The notes under the pieces were generated by a model, which was not told the origin of the DNA, did not search any database, and was given only the letters and a program-made list of their open reading frames with translations. A stretch of DNA of 64,000 nucleotides. Source: Alphaproteobacteria bacterium (GTDB lineage Bacteria > Pseudomonadota > Alphaproteobacteria > UBA828). A program made the position numbers and the translations under genes. Positions 1 to 9,113 of the stretch are shown here, piece after piece. Each line of letters starts with the position of its first letter. The first letter of the stretch is position 1. The stretch covers positions 128,001 through 192,000 of the forward strand of contig CBDCRW010000002.1 of assembly GCA_965221125.1 (NCBI GenBank), written 5' to 3'.

Positions 1-1493
1 ACGCCGGGGAAGTACCGCACCACATCCTCGGTGTAGGCCGCGAACAGCACGAGCGCGGCGAGCCCGGCCGAGGCGATGGCGTAGCCCTTGGTCACTGCCT
101 TCGTGGTGTTGCCCACCGCATCGAGCGCATCGGTGGTCTTGCGCACGTCCTCGTCCAGCTCCGCCATCTCGGCGATGCCGCCGGCGTTGTCGGTCACCGG
201 GCCGTAGGCGTCGAGCGCCACCACCATGCCGGCGAGCGCCAGCATCGCCGTCACCGCGACCGCGATGCCGAAGAGGCCGGCCGCGAGAAAGGCGAGGATG
301 ATGCCCGCCGCGATGATGATCGCGGGGATCGCCGTCGCCTGCATGGAGACCGCGAGCCCCTGGATGATGTTGGTGGCATCGCCCGTGGTCGACGCCTTGG
401 CGATGCCCCGCACCGGCTTGAACTCGGTCGACGTGTAGTACTCGGTGACCCAGATCATGAGCCCGGTCACCACCAGCCCGATCAGGCCGCAGAGGAAGAG
501 GTCGAGGCCCGACGCGGTCACGCCGCTCACGGTGAACTCGGTGCTCCAGCCCACCACCCAGTCGGTGATCGGGTAGAAGGCGACGGCCGAGAGCACGGCC
601 GAGACCAGGAAGCCGCGATAGAGCGCGGGCATGATCTTCTGGCTCTTGCCGAGGCGGACGAAGAACGTGCCGATCACCGAGGCCAGGATGCAGGCGCCGC
701 CGATGGCCAGTGGGTAGAGCATCAGCGCTTCCTGCAGCGGCCCGGTGAAGAACACCGCCGCCAGCAGCATGGTCGCGACGATGGTGACGGCGTAGGTCTC
801 GAAGAGGTCGGCCGCCATGCCGGCGCAGTCGCCCACGTTGTCGCCGACGTTGTCGGCGATCACCGCCGGGTTGCGCGGGTCGTCCTCGGGAATCCCGGCT
901 TCCACCTTGCCCACCAGGTCGGCGCCCACGTCCGCGCCCTTGGTGAAGATGCCGCCGCCGAGGCGCGCGAAGATCGAGATGAGCGAGCCGCCGAAGCCGA
1001 GCGCCACCAGCGCCTCCAGCACCTTCTTGGTCTCGACGTCGGCGATCAGCAGGATCGCGTAGTAGACCGCGACGCCGAGCAGGCCGAGGCCCACCACCAG
1101 CAGGCCGGTGATCGCGCCGGAGCGGAAGGCGACGCCGAGCGCGGGCTTGAGCCCGCCGGTCCGCGCCGCATCGGCGGTCCGCACGTTGGCGCGCACCGAG
1201 ACGTGCATGCCGATGTAGCCGGCCGCGCCGGACAGAACCGCGCCGATGAGGAAGCCGATACCCACCAGATAGCCGAGCAGCCCGGTCAGGATGGCGAACA
1301 GCACCAGGCCGACGAGGCCGATCGTCAGGTACTGGCGGTTCAGGTAGGCCCGCGCGCCCTCCTGCACGGCGCCTGCGATTTCCTGCATGCGTTCCGTGCC
1401 GGCGCTCGCGGCCAGGACCGACCGGGTGGCGTAGAGACCGTAGGCGAGCGCGACGAGTCCGCTGGCCACGGCAAACCAAAGGATTGCTGACAT
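1..1493 (-). CDS. hppA: Membrane H+-translocating pyrophosphatase, K+-independent type (3' end outside window)
   Basis: Minus-strand translation shows [52 protein letters not shown] and [15 protein letters not shown] carries the Lys determinant of K+ independence. ATG at 1493 with GAGG RBS. Confidence 0.95.
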   Translation of the reverse strand, partial: MSAILWFAVASGLVALAYGLYATRSVLAASAGTERMQEIAGAVQEGARAYLNRQYLTIGLVGLVLFAILTGLLGYLVGIGFLIGAVLSGAAGYIGMHVSVRANVRTADAARTGGLKPALGVAFRSGAITGLLVVGLGLLGVAVYYAILLIADVETKKVLEALVALGFGGSLISIFARLGGGIFTKGADVGADLVGKVEAGIPEDDPRNPAVIADNVGDNVGDCAGMAADLFETYAVTIVATMLLAAVFFTGPLQEALMLYPLAIGGACILASVIGTFFVRLGKSQKIMPALYRGFLVSAVLSAVAFYPITDWVVGWSTEFTVSGVTASGLDLFLCGLIGLVVTGLMIWVTEYYTSTEFKPVRGIAKASTTGDATNIIQGLAVSMQATAIPAIIIAAGIILAFLAAGLFGIAVAVTAMLALAGMVVALDAYGPVTDNAGGIAEMAELDEDVRKTTDALDAVGNTTKAVTKGYAIASAGLAALVLFAAYTEDVVRYFPG

Positions 1494-1867
1494 GGTGGCA
1501 ACCTCATTGAGCGATGGGGAGAAAGGCGTTTGTGCACACGATGGTGCGCGCCGGGGCGGCCCCGCCGGCGGGCCGGAAAATGCCAGAAGCGCCCGGCGAA
1601 CGCAACCGGTGTACGGGCGACCTCGCCCCGGCAGCAAACGGGCGTGCACATTAGTTGGGCCGGGCCGCTAAGCGGCCCGCAGCGCGCGACCGCGCGTCGC
1701 ACGGCCACGTGCGCAGGCGCACGATGCGCCAATTGGCGCGAAAGCCAAGCGAGCGTCGCGCGTCCACACGCGCGCGGGCGCGTGATGCGAGCGCCCGGCG
1801 CCTGAGGGATATCAATAAGGCCTCGGGCTGGTATAGTGCGCGCGCCTTCAGAGCCGGGAGAGGACGA

Positions 1868-2722
1868 ATGAAGCTGTTGCGTGTTGGCGAGGCAGGCGCC
1901 GAGCGGCCGGCCGTGATGCTGCAGGACGGAACCATCATCGACGTGTCGAGCGAGGTCGGCGAGATCGACGGCGCCTGGCTCGAAGGCGGCGGCATCGGGC
2001 GCCTGGCGGGGGTCCTGGCCGAAGGCACGGACCGCTTCCCCATCGTGGAAGCCGGCACGCGAATCGGCGCGCCGGTCGCGCGGCCGGGGCACATCATCGC
2101 CATCGGCCTCAACTATGCCGACCATGCCAAGGAAGCCGGCATGGACCTGCCGACGGAGCCGATCATCTTCAACAAGGCGCCGAGCTCCTACAGCGGGCCG
2201 GACGACGACGTGCTGATCCCGCGCGGCAGCACCAAGACCGACTGGGAGGTCGAGCTCGGCATCGTGATCGGCCGCGGCGCCGAGTATCTGCCCGACGAGG
2301 CGGCGGCGATGGCCCATGTCGCCGGCTACTGCATCTGCAACGACGTCTCCGAGCGCGACTTCCAGCTCAATCGCGGCCCCACCTGGGTCAAGGGCAAGTC
2401 GGCCCGCACCTTCTGCCCCACGGGCCCGTGGCTGGTGACGCCGGACGAGGTGCCGGACCCCCAGAGCCTCGCCATGTCGCTCACCGTCAACGGCGAGGTG
2501 CGCCAGAGCGGCAGCACGGCCACGATGATCTTCGGCGTCGCCCACCTCGTCCATTACATCTGCCAGTTCATGGTGCTGGAGGCGGGCGACCTGATCGCGA
2601 CGGGGACCCCGCCCGGCGTCGGCATGGGCATGAAGCCGCCGATCTTCCTCAAGGCCGGCGACGTGATGGAGCTCGAGATCGAGGGCCTCGGCCGCCAGCG
2701 GCAGACGCTCCGCCAGGGGTAG
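1868..2722 (+). CDS. Fumarylacetoacetate hydrolase family protein
   Basis: IGLNYADH, DWEVELG, NDVSERDFQ, KGKS and TGTPPGVG motifs; GGAGAGG RBS before the ATG at 1868. Confidence 0.92.
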   Translation: MKLLRVGEAGAERPAVMLQDGTIIDVSSEVGEIDGAWLEGGGIGRLAGVLAEGTDRFPIVEAGTRIGAPVARPGHIIAIGLNYADHAKEAGMDLPTEPIIFNKAPSSYSGPDDDVLIPRGSTKTDWEVELGIVIGRGAEYLPDEAAAMAHVAGYCICNDVSERDFQLNRGPTWVKGKSARTFCPTGPWLVTPDEVPDPQSLAMSLTVNGEVRQSGSTATMIFGVAHLVHYICQFMVLEAGDLIATGTPPGVGMGMKPPIFLKAGDVMELEIEGLGRQRQTLRQG

Positions 2723-2765
2723 CCCTGCGCCCAGGGGTAGCCCTGCTCCAGGGGTAGCCCTGCGC
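2713..2765. repeat. Three tandem 17-18 bp units CCAGGGGTAGCCCTGC(G/T), each a CAGGG-GTAG-CCCTG hairpin
   Basis: Units start at 2713, 2731 and 2748; the first contains the TAG stop of the FAA hydrolase gene. Confidence 0.9.
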
Positions 2766-2771
2766 CATCGT

Positions 2772-2800
2772 TTGACAGGGGTGCGGGTGCTCCCTATGGT
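2772..2800 (+). promoter_or_regulatory. Sigma70-type promoter for rpmJ
   Basis: TTGACA-N17-TATGGT, ending 26 nt before the rpmJ ATG. Confidence 0.75.
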
Positions 2801-2826
2801 GCGCCGCGCTTCCCGAAGAGGATGAC

Positions 2827-2952
2827 ATGAAGGTCCGCAACTCGCTTCGCGCCGCGAAGAAGCGCCACAAGGATTGCCAGATCGTGCGCCGCCGGGGCCG
2901 CGTGCTGGTCATCAACAAGCGCAACCCGCGCTTCAAGGTGCGCCAGGGCTGA
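2827..2952 (+). CDS. rpmJ: 50S ribosomal protein L36, type B (zinc-free form)
   Basis: Translated by hand as [41 protein letters not shown] (41 aa, below the ORF track cutoff). Confidence 0.97.
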   Translation: MKVRNSLRAAKKRHKDCQIVRRRGRVLVINKRNPRFKVRQG

Positions 2953-3076
2953 TCGCGCCGCGCTACGCCAGCCGCGCCGGCGCGGCATCCGCCTGCATTG
3001 ACGGGCGGCGCTTGCGCACCGACAATCCGCTCCCAACGACAACCAGGGCCCCGGCCGGGCCCCGAAAGGTGCTGCC

Positions 3077-4567
3077 GTGGTAGCCATGCCGGAGCCCGAC
3101 GCGGGCGTCATCAGCGAGCGGCAGTCCTTGGTCGCGGCGCTCCGCAAGCTGCTGCCCGAGGACTGCGTCATCGACGACGAGCGCGGCCTGCGCCCCTTCG
3201 AGTGCGACGGCCTCAGCGCCTACCGCGCGCTCCCTATGGTGGTCGTCCTGCCGCGCGACACCGGCGAGGTGAGCCGCGTGCTCGCGCTCTGCCACGAACG
3301 CGGCGTCAAGATCGTGCCGCGCGGGGCCGGCACCGGGCTTTCCGGCGGGGCGCTGCCGCTCGCCGACGGGGTCACGGTGGGCTTCGGCAAGCTCAACCGC
3401 GTGCTCGAGATCGACACCGCCAACCGCTGCGCCGTGGTGCAGCCCGGCGTCGCCAACCTCGCCATCTCGACGGCGGTGAGCCCCCACGGCTTCTACTATG
3501 CGCCGGACCCCTCCAGCCAGATCGCCTGCTCCATCGGCGGCAACGTCGCCGAGAATTCCGGCGGCGTGCACTGCCTCAAGTACGGGCTCACCACCAACAA
3601 CCTGCTCGGCGTCGAGATGGTGCTGATGGACGGCGAGGTCCTGCGCCTCGGCGGCAAGCAGTTCGACGCCGAGGGCTACGACATGCTGGGCGTCGTCACC
3701 GGTTCGGAGGGCCTGCTCGGCGTCGTCACCGAGGTGACGGTGCGGATCCTGCCCAAGCCGGCGACGGTGCGCGCGCTGCTCCTCGGCTTCCCCGACAACG
3801 CATCGGCCGGCGCCTGCGTGGGCGAGATCATCGCCGCCGGCATCATCCCGGCCGGGCTGGAGATGATGGACAAGCCCGCGATCGAGGCGGCGGAGGCCTT
3901 CTGCCAGCCGGGCTACCCCTTGGACGTGGCGGCGATCCTGATCTGCGAGCTGGACGGGCCGGAGGTGGAGGTCGACGAGCTGGTCGACCTGGTGGGCGAG
4001 CTCGCCCGCAAGTCAGGTGCTACGACGATCCGCTCGAGCACGAGCGAGGAGGAGCGCGAGCGCTTCTGGCTCGGCCGCAAGACCGCCTTCGGCGCCGCAG
4101 GCCGCATGGCGCCGGACTACTACGTGATGGACGGCACCATCCCCCGCGCGCGCCTGCCCGAGGTGCTCAACCGGATCGGCGAGCTTTCGCAGGAGTACGG
4201 CCTGCCGGTCGCCAACGTCTTTCACGCCGGCGACGGCAACCTGCACCCGCTCATCATGTACGATTCCGCCGTCCCCGGCGAGCTGGAGCGGACCGAGGAG
4301 ATGGGCTCGGAGATCCTCAGGCTCTGCGTCGAGGTGGGCGGCGTGCTGACCGGCGAGCACGGCGTCGGCGTCGAGAAGCGCGACCTGATGGGCGCGATGT
4401 TCACCGAGGACGACCTCAAGCAGCAGCAGCGCATCAAGTGCGCCTTCGATCCCGACCAGCTGCTCAACCCCGGCAAGGTCTTCCCGACGCTGCACCGCTG
4501 CGCCGAGCTCGGCCAGATGCACGTGCACCGGGGCGAGACGCCCTTCCCCGACCTGCCCCGCTTCTGA
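3077..4567 (+). CDS. glcD: Glycolate oxidase FAD-linked subunit
   Basis: PRGAGTGLSGGA, APDPSSQIACSIGGNVAENSGG, HAGDGNLHP and GEHGVG motifs; first gene of glcDEF. Confidence 0.93.
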   Translation: MVAMPEPDAGVISERQSLVAALRKLLPEDCVIDDERGLRPFECDGLSAYRALPMVVVLPRDTGEVSRVLALCHERGVKIVPRGAGTGLSGGALPLADGVTVGFGKLNRVLEIDTANRCAVVQPGVANLAISTAVSPHGFYYAPDPSSQIACSIGGNVAENSGGVHCLKYGLTTNNLLGVEMVLMDGEVLRLGGKQFDAEGYDMLGVVTGSEGLLGVVTEVTVRILPKPATVRALLLGFPDNASAGACVGEIIAAGIIPAGLEMMDKPAIEAAEAFCQPGYPLDVAAILICELDGPEVEVDELVDLVGELARKSGATTIRSSTSEEERERFWLGRKTAFGAAGRMAPDYYVMDGTIPRARLPEVLNRIGELSQEYGLPVANVFHAGDGNLHPLIMYDSAVPGELERTEEMGSEILRLCVEVGGVLTGEHGVGVEKRDLMGAMFTEDDLKQQQRIKCAFDPDQLLNPGKVFPTLHRCAELGQMHVHRGETPFPDLPRF

Positions 4568-5784
4568 TGGCCGATAGCCTGGCGCCGGCCGACGCGGACA
4601 GCCTCGCGGACGCCGTCCGCTGGGCGATCGCGGGCGAGCATCCGCTGGAGGTCATCGCCGGCGGCTCCAAGCGGGCGCTCGGCCGGCCGGTGCAGAGCGC
4701 GGCCACCCTCTCGCTCGCCGCGTTCGACGGCATCGTCGATTATCAGGCCTCCGAGCTGGTGCTGACGGCCGGCGCCGCGACGCCGCTCGCCGCCATCCAG
4801 GCGGCGGTCGAGGCCGAGCGGCAGATGCTGGCGTTCGAGCCCGCGGACTACGGGCCCCTCCTCGGCGCGGCGGAGCCTGCGACGCTCGGCGGCGCGCTCG
4901 CCTGCAACCTCTCGGGCCCGCGCCGCATCAAGGCGGGTGCGGCGCGCGATCACTTCCTCGGCGTGCATGCGGTGAGCGGGCGGGGCGAGCGCTTCAAGGC
5001 CGGCGGCCGCGTGGTCAAGAACGTGACCGGCTACGACGTCTGTAAGCTGCTCGCGGGCTCCTACGGCACGCTCGCGCTCATGCACGAGGTGACGGTCAAG
5101 ATCCTGCCCGCGCCGGAGCGCACGCGCACGGTGCTGGTGTTCGGCCTCGAGCCGCCCGCGGCCCTCGAAGCCCTGGGCACAGCGCTCGGCAGCGCGCACG
5201 AGGTTTCCGGGGCGGCCCACATGCCGGCCGAGGTCGCCGCGCGCTCGGCGGTCTCCTACGTCTCGGGCGCCGGCGCTGCGGTGAGCGCCGTCCGCGTCGA
5301 GGGATTTCCCGCCTCGGTGGAAGCGCGCTGCGCGGCGCTGCGGGAACTGCTCGGGCGCTTCGGCGCGGTCGAGGAGCTGCATTCCAAGAACTCGACGACG
5401 CTCTGGCGCGAGATCCGGGACGTTCGCTCCTTCGCCGGCGACGACCGGCCGCTCTGGCGCCTCTCCGTGCCCCCGGCAGCGGGCGCGGACGCGGCCGCGC
5501 GCGTGACTGAGGCGGCGGACGTGCGCGCCCTCTTCGACTGGGGCGGCGGGCTCGTCTGGCTCGCGGTGGGTGGTGCTGCCGACGCGGGCGAAGCCGCCGT
5601 GCGCGCCGCTGCGGCGGCCGTCGGCGGGCACGCGACGCTGGTGCGCGCCGATGCGCCCACGCGGGCGGCACGGGCGGTGTTCCAGCCCCAGGCGGCGGGC
5701 CTGGCCGCGCTGACCACGCGCATCAAGCGCGCGTTCGATCCCACGGGCGTGCTCAACCCCGGGCGCATGCACGCGGGCGTCTAG
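4567..5784 (+). CDS. glcE: Glycolate oxidase FAD-binding subunit
   Basis: TGATG overlap with glcD; SGPRRIKAGAARDH, GGRVVKNVTGYD, DWGGGLVW and FDPTGVLNPGR. Confidence 0.93.
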   Translation: MADSLAPADADSLADAVRWAIAGEHPLEVIAGGSKRALGRPVQSAATLSLAAFDGIVDYQASELVLTAGAATPLAAIQAAVEAERQMLAFEPADYGPLLGAAEPATLGGALACNLSGPRRIKAGAARDHFLGVHAVSGRGERFKAGGRVVKNVTGYDVCKLLAGSYGTLALMHEVTVKILPAPERTRTVLVFGLEPPAALEALGTALGSAHEVSGAAHMPAEVAARSAVSYVSGAGAAVSAVRVEGFPASVEARCAALRELLGRFGAVEELHSKNSTTLWREIRDVRSFAGDDRPLWRLSVPPAAGADAAARVTEAADVRALFDWGGGLVWLAVGGAADAGEAAVRAAAAAVGGHATLVRADAPTRAARAVFQPQAAGLAALTTRIKRAFDPTGVLNPGRMHAGV

Positions 5785-5789
5785 CGCGG

Positions 5790-7094
5790 ATGCAGACCCA
5801 GTTCTCCGAGAGCCAGCTCGCGCACCCGGCGGTGGCCGAGGCCAACCAGGTGCTGCGCACCTGCGTCCACTGCGGGCTCTGCCTCTCCACCTGCCCCACC
5901 TACGCGCTGCTGGGCGACGAGCGGGACAGCCCGCGCGGGCGCATCTACCTCATCAAGGACATGCTGGAGCAGGACGCGCCGGCCGACGCCACGGTGACGC
6001 GCCACATCGACCGCTGCCTCTCCTGCCTCTCGTGCATGACGACCTGCCCGGCGGGCGTCGACTACATGCACCTGGTCGATCACGCGCGAGGCCACATCGA
6101 GCGGACCTGGCAGCGGCCGCTTGCCGAGCGCGCGCTCCGCACCGTGCTCAGCACCGTGTTGCCGCGCCCGGCCCTGGCCCGCCTCGCGCTGATGGCGGCG
6201 CGCGGCCCCTCCCTGCTGGCGCCGCTCTTCGGCGGGCGCATCGGCGCGCTGCTGCGCCTGGCGGGCCGGCCCTCCTACGGGCCGAGCTGGGTCGAGCGGC
6301 CGCAGGTGATTCCCGCCCAGGGCCCCCGCCGCAGGCGGGTGGCGCTGCTCACGGGCTGCGTGCAGTCCACGCTTGCGCCGGAGATCAACGAGGCGGCGGT
6401 GCGCGTGCTCACCCGCCACGGCTGCGAGGTGGTGGTGGCGCGCGGCGCGGGCTGCTGCGGCGCGCTCTCGCACCACCTGGGCGACGAGGCGCGCGGCCGG
6501 GCCCAGGCCGGGCGCACGGCGGCGGCGCTCGCGCGCGAGGCCGGCGACGGCGGGCTCGACGCGGTGGTCGCCACGGCGTCCGGCTGCGGGACCATGCTCA
6601 AGGACTACCGCCATGTGCTGAAGGACGACCCCGCCCATGCCGACACGGGCGAACGGGTGGCGGCGCTTGCCCGCGATGTCAGCGAGGTGCTGGCCGAGCT
6701 CGGCCTTGCCGCCGACGGACCCGCGCCCACGGATGCGCCGGTCGCCTACCACTCGGCCTGCTCGCTGCAGCACGGCCAGCGGGTCGAGCGCCAGCCGATG
6801 GCGCTCCTCGCCGCCGCCGGCTTCACCGTGCGGACGGTCCCGGACGGACATTTCTGCTGCGGTTCGGCGGGAACCTATAATATTCTTCAATCGGAGATCG
6901 CCGAGTCACTCGGAAAACGAAAGGCGGCAGCAATCGAAAGCACGGGCGCCGCGCTCGTCGCTGCGGGCAACATCGGCTGCATGGTGCAGATCGGAGGCCA
7001 CACCGCGCTGCCGGTGGTGCACACGGTCGAGCTGCTCGACTGGGCGACCGGCGGCCCGCGCCCTTCGGCGCTGCCGCACTCGGCCGCCGCATAG
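5790..7094 (+). CDS. glcF: Glycolate oxidase iron-sulfur subunit
   Basis: CVHCGLCLSTCP and CLSCLSCMTTCP ferredoxin motifs, plus two CCG domains. Confidence 0.94.
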   Translation: MQTQFSESQLAHPAVAEANQVLRTCVHCGLCLSTCPTYALLGDERDSPRGRIYLIKDMLEQDAPADATVTRHIDRCLSCLSCMTTCPAGVDYMHLVDHARGHIERTWQRPLAERALRTVLSTVLPRPALARLALMAARGPSLLAPLFGGRIGALLRLAGRPSYGPSWVERPQVIPAQGPRRRRVALLTGCVQSTLAPEINEAAVRVLTRHGCEVVVARGAGCCGALSHHLGDEARGRAQAGRTAAALAREAGDGGLDAVVATASGCGTMLKDYRHVLKDDPAHADTGERVAALARDVSEVLAELGLAADGPAPTDAPVAYHSACSLQHGQRVERQPMALLAAAGFTVRTVPDGHFCCGSAGTYNILQSEIAESLGKRKAAAIESTGAALVAAGNIGCMVQIGGHTALPVVHTVELLDWATGGPRPSALPHSAAA

Positions 7095-7175
7095 CGCCAC
7101 CCGGCCGGGACCGGCGCGCAAGAGAAACGACAGGTGGGGCATTCGTTGGGATCGCCCAGAGCCAGCCAGGACATC

Positions 7176-7514
7176 ATGAACGTGACGACGGAACGCGAGG
7201 CCGGCGTGCTGTCGGTGCGGGTCGAGGGGCGCATCGACGGCTCCACCGTGCTCGCGTTCCACGAGGCGATCGAGACTGCGCTCGAGGACGGCGATCACAC
7301 CGTGGTCGTCGACTGCGAGAGGCTGACCTACATCGGCAGCGCGGGCCTTCGCACCGTGCTGGCGCTCACCAAGGCCGTCTCCAACCGTGACGCCCGGTTC
7401 GCGCTCTACGCGGTTTCGGCTCACGTCAGGAGCATTTTCGAGAAGAGCGGATTCGACACCATCATCACGATCCGCCCGTCGCGGGCCGAGGCGATCGCCG
7501 CCCTCGCGGAGTGA
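7176..7514 (+). CDS. STAS-domain anti-sigma factor antagonist (RsbV/SpoIIAA-like)
   Basis: VEGRID...VVVDCERLTYIGSAGLR, containing the phospho-acceptor Ser motif; about 112 aa. Confidence 0.88.
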   Translation: MNVTTEREAGVLSVRVEGRIDGSTVLAFHEAIETALEDGDHTVVVDCERLTYIGSAGLRTVLALTKAVSNRDARFALYAVSAHVRSIFEKSGFDTIITIRPSRAEAIAALAE

Positions 7515-7720
7515 GGTCGCGCCCCGCGCACGCGCTCACGCGGCGTGCGACCAAGAATCAGCCCGCACCATGGTGCGGTGCACGGGGCGGGCGGGTGGGG
7601 GCAGGCTCTGCGGATGCAGCACGCAGACCGTCGCACTTCAGGGAAAGCCGGGCCGGAGCGGCTCGGGGGAGCCGGCGCGTGGCCGGGCGCTTATACACCG
7701 GGTTCCCGCCGCCGCCGGCT

Positions 7721-7844
7721 TGTGCCGCCTTGTGCCACCTTGGGCCACTTTGTGCCACCTTGTGCCACTTTGTGCCACTTTGTGCCGCCCGATTCGTGCC
7801 ACTTTGTGCCACTTTGTGCCGGCGTATGCCGGAATGTGCCGGGT
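7721..7844. repeat. Tandem array of about 12 decamers, consensus TGTGCCAC(C/T)T
   Basis: Seven in-phase units at 7721-7790, a 4-bp insertion (GATT), then five units at 7795-7844 that degenerate toward the right. Confidence 0.92.
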
Positions 7845-7877
7845 TAAAGCCTTTCCGTGTGAAACGGGACCGCTCTA
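7845..7877. repeat. 33-bp palindromic repeat unit (REP/RIME-like family)
   Basis: TAAAGCCTTTCCGT-GTGAA-ACGGGACCGCTCTA, similar to 21220-21252 and 52367-52399; the terminal CTA is the LysR gene stop. Confidence 0.7.
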
Positions 7878-8819
7878 CAGGCGGATCGCCTTCTGCGCCT
7901 CCTCGGTGAGCGCGGCTCCAGCGCCGGCCGCGGCCTCCGCCAGCACGTCGATCCACCGCTGGCCGTGGGCGGCAACCCGGTGGGTGAGGCCGATCCGCCG
8001 CGAGGGCTCGGGCGCGGCGAAACGCAGGAAGCTCAGGTCGGGCTCGGCTGCGCGCTCGGCGAGCGCGGCGGTTTCCGGGAGGAGCGTCAGCCCGGCGCCG
8101 CTCGCGACCAGCCGGGACAGCGTGGCAAGCGATTCCGCGCCGCGGCGCACCTCCCGCGTGCGCCACATCAGGGAGGCGCCGAGGACCTGGTCGGCCAGGC
8201 AATGCCCGTCGCCGAGCGTGAGCAGCGGCCCGATGTCCGCCCGCGCCAGGTCGGAGGGACGCACGTCGTCGCCGAGCGTGCGCCGGATCGAGGCCAGGCG
8301 GTCGGCCCGGCCGGCGAGCACGAAGTGATCCTCGAAGAGCTCGCGCTCGGGCAGCTCCATCAGCCCCAGCGGGAGAGAGACGATCGCCGCGTCGAGGCGC
8401 CCGGCAAGGAGGCCGGCCACGACGTCCTGCCCCGGCGCCTCCCTGATATCGAGCTCGATACGGGGCGAGGCCTCGTGCAGGCGGCTCAGGATGCCGGAAA
8501 GCAGATAGGGCGCGAGCGTGGAGACGATGCCGACGGAGACGTGGAGCGGGCCCGACTCGAACCTCTGGCCCAGGTTCTCGAGGAGCAGCGTCTCGTCCAG
8601 GATGCGAAGGGTCTGCTCATGCGCCTCGCGGCCGAGCGGCGTGAGCAGGATGCCGCGGGGCTCGCGCTCGACCAGCGGCCCGCCGAGCGAGCCCTCCAGC
8701 TCGCGAATCTGGAGCGAGAGCGCGGGCTGCGAGACGTGGACGCTCTCGGCGGCCCGGCTGAACGAGCCGTGCTCGATCAGGGCCTGGAAGTAGCGGAGCT
8801 GACGCAGGGTGACGGGCAT
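7875..8819 (-). CDS. LysR-family regulator, OxyR-like (one-Cys)
   Basis: N-terminal HTH TLRQLRYF...SFSRAAESVHVSQPALS; GHCLADQ and ESLATLSRLVASGAGLTLLP resemble OxyR. Confidence 0.85.
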   Translation of the reverse strand: MPVTLRQLRYFQALIEHGSFSRAAESVHVSQPALSLQIRELEGSLGGPLVEREPRGILLTPLGREAHEQTLRILDETLLLENLGQRFESGPLHVSVGIVSTLAPYLLSGILSRLHEASPRIELDIREAPGQDVVAGLLAGRLDAAIVSLPLGLMELPERELFEDHFVLAGRADRLASIRRTLGDDVRPSDLARADIGPLLTLGDGHCLADQVLGASLMWRTREVRRGAESLATLSRLVASGAGLTLLPETAALAERAAEPDLSFLRFAAPEPSRRIGLTHRVAAHGQRWIDVLAEAAAGAGAALTEEAQKAIRL

Positions 8820-8944
8820 GTCCTGTCCCTATGGGCGCGGCCGCTGCGGCGAGGGCGATCGAGGCCGGATGCCGGCGAGAGCATGCCCCGGCGACCGTGC
8901 CGTCAGACGGTGCGAAAGAACACCACCGGCCGCCGGAATCAACG

Positions 8945-9070
8945 ATTCATGATATATCATAATTGATATTACTCTGTCGCCTGCAATCGCATCGCAGTAT
9001 ACCTCGCCCTTTGTGACGACATGGGGCAACAACTTCAAATATAGAATTCTTTATCGATCTATAAAATGTG
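8945..9070. promoter_or_regulatory. AT-rich control region upstream of the LysR gene with palindromes
   Basis: ATGATATATCAT (8949-8960) and ATAGA-N12-TCTAT (9041-9062) within a sharply AT-rich patch. Confidence 0.5.
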
Positions 9071-9113
9071 CTTATGCGTCACCGTCGCGGCCACGCGCAG
9101 GGCCGGAACTCAG

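Noticed and set aside
1494-1867. Possible riboswitch or sRNA in the hppA/FAA hydrolase intergenic region
   Set aside because: Only short GC-rich palindromes (GGGCCGCTAAGCGGCCC, GCGCCAATTGGCGC); no recognisable RNA family motif.
2827-2952. Zinc-free L36 (and S14) as a Zur-regulated zinc-starvation paralogue system
   Set aside because: These forms are the normal single copies in Alphaproteobacteria, and no Zur box is evident at rpmJ.
2998-5784. 928-aa ORF suggesting a large fusion protein
   Set aside because: Only the part from ATG 4567 is GlcE; the upstream part is an off-frame reading of glcD.
7721-7844. Array as CRISPR or as sigma54 promoters (TGGCAC on the minus strand)
   Set aside because: No spacers or cas genes, and the GG-N10-GC spacing with TTGC is not met.
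7851-7866. parS-like site (GTGAAAC half)
   Set aside because: Only one half matches TGTTTCACGTGAAACA; better explained as part of the 33-bp palindromic repeat.
7511-7909. Cys/His-rich small ORFs across the decamer array (metallothionein-like appearance)
   Set aside because: The LCATLCHFVP pattern appears in all three frames as an arithmetic consequence of a 10-bp repeat; there is no RBS or codon-bias support.
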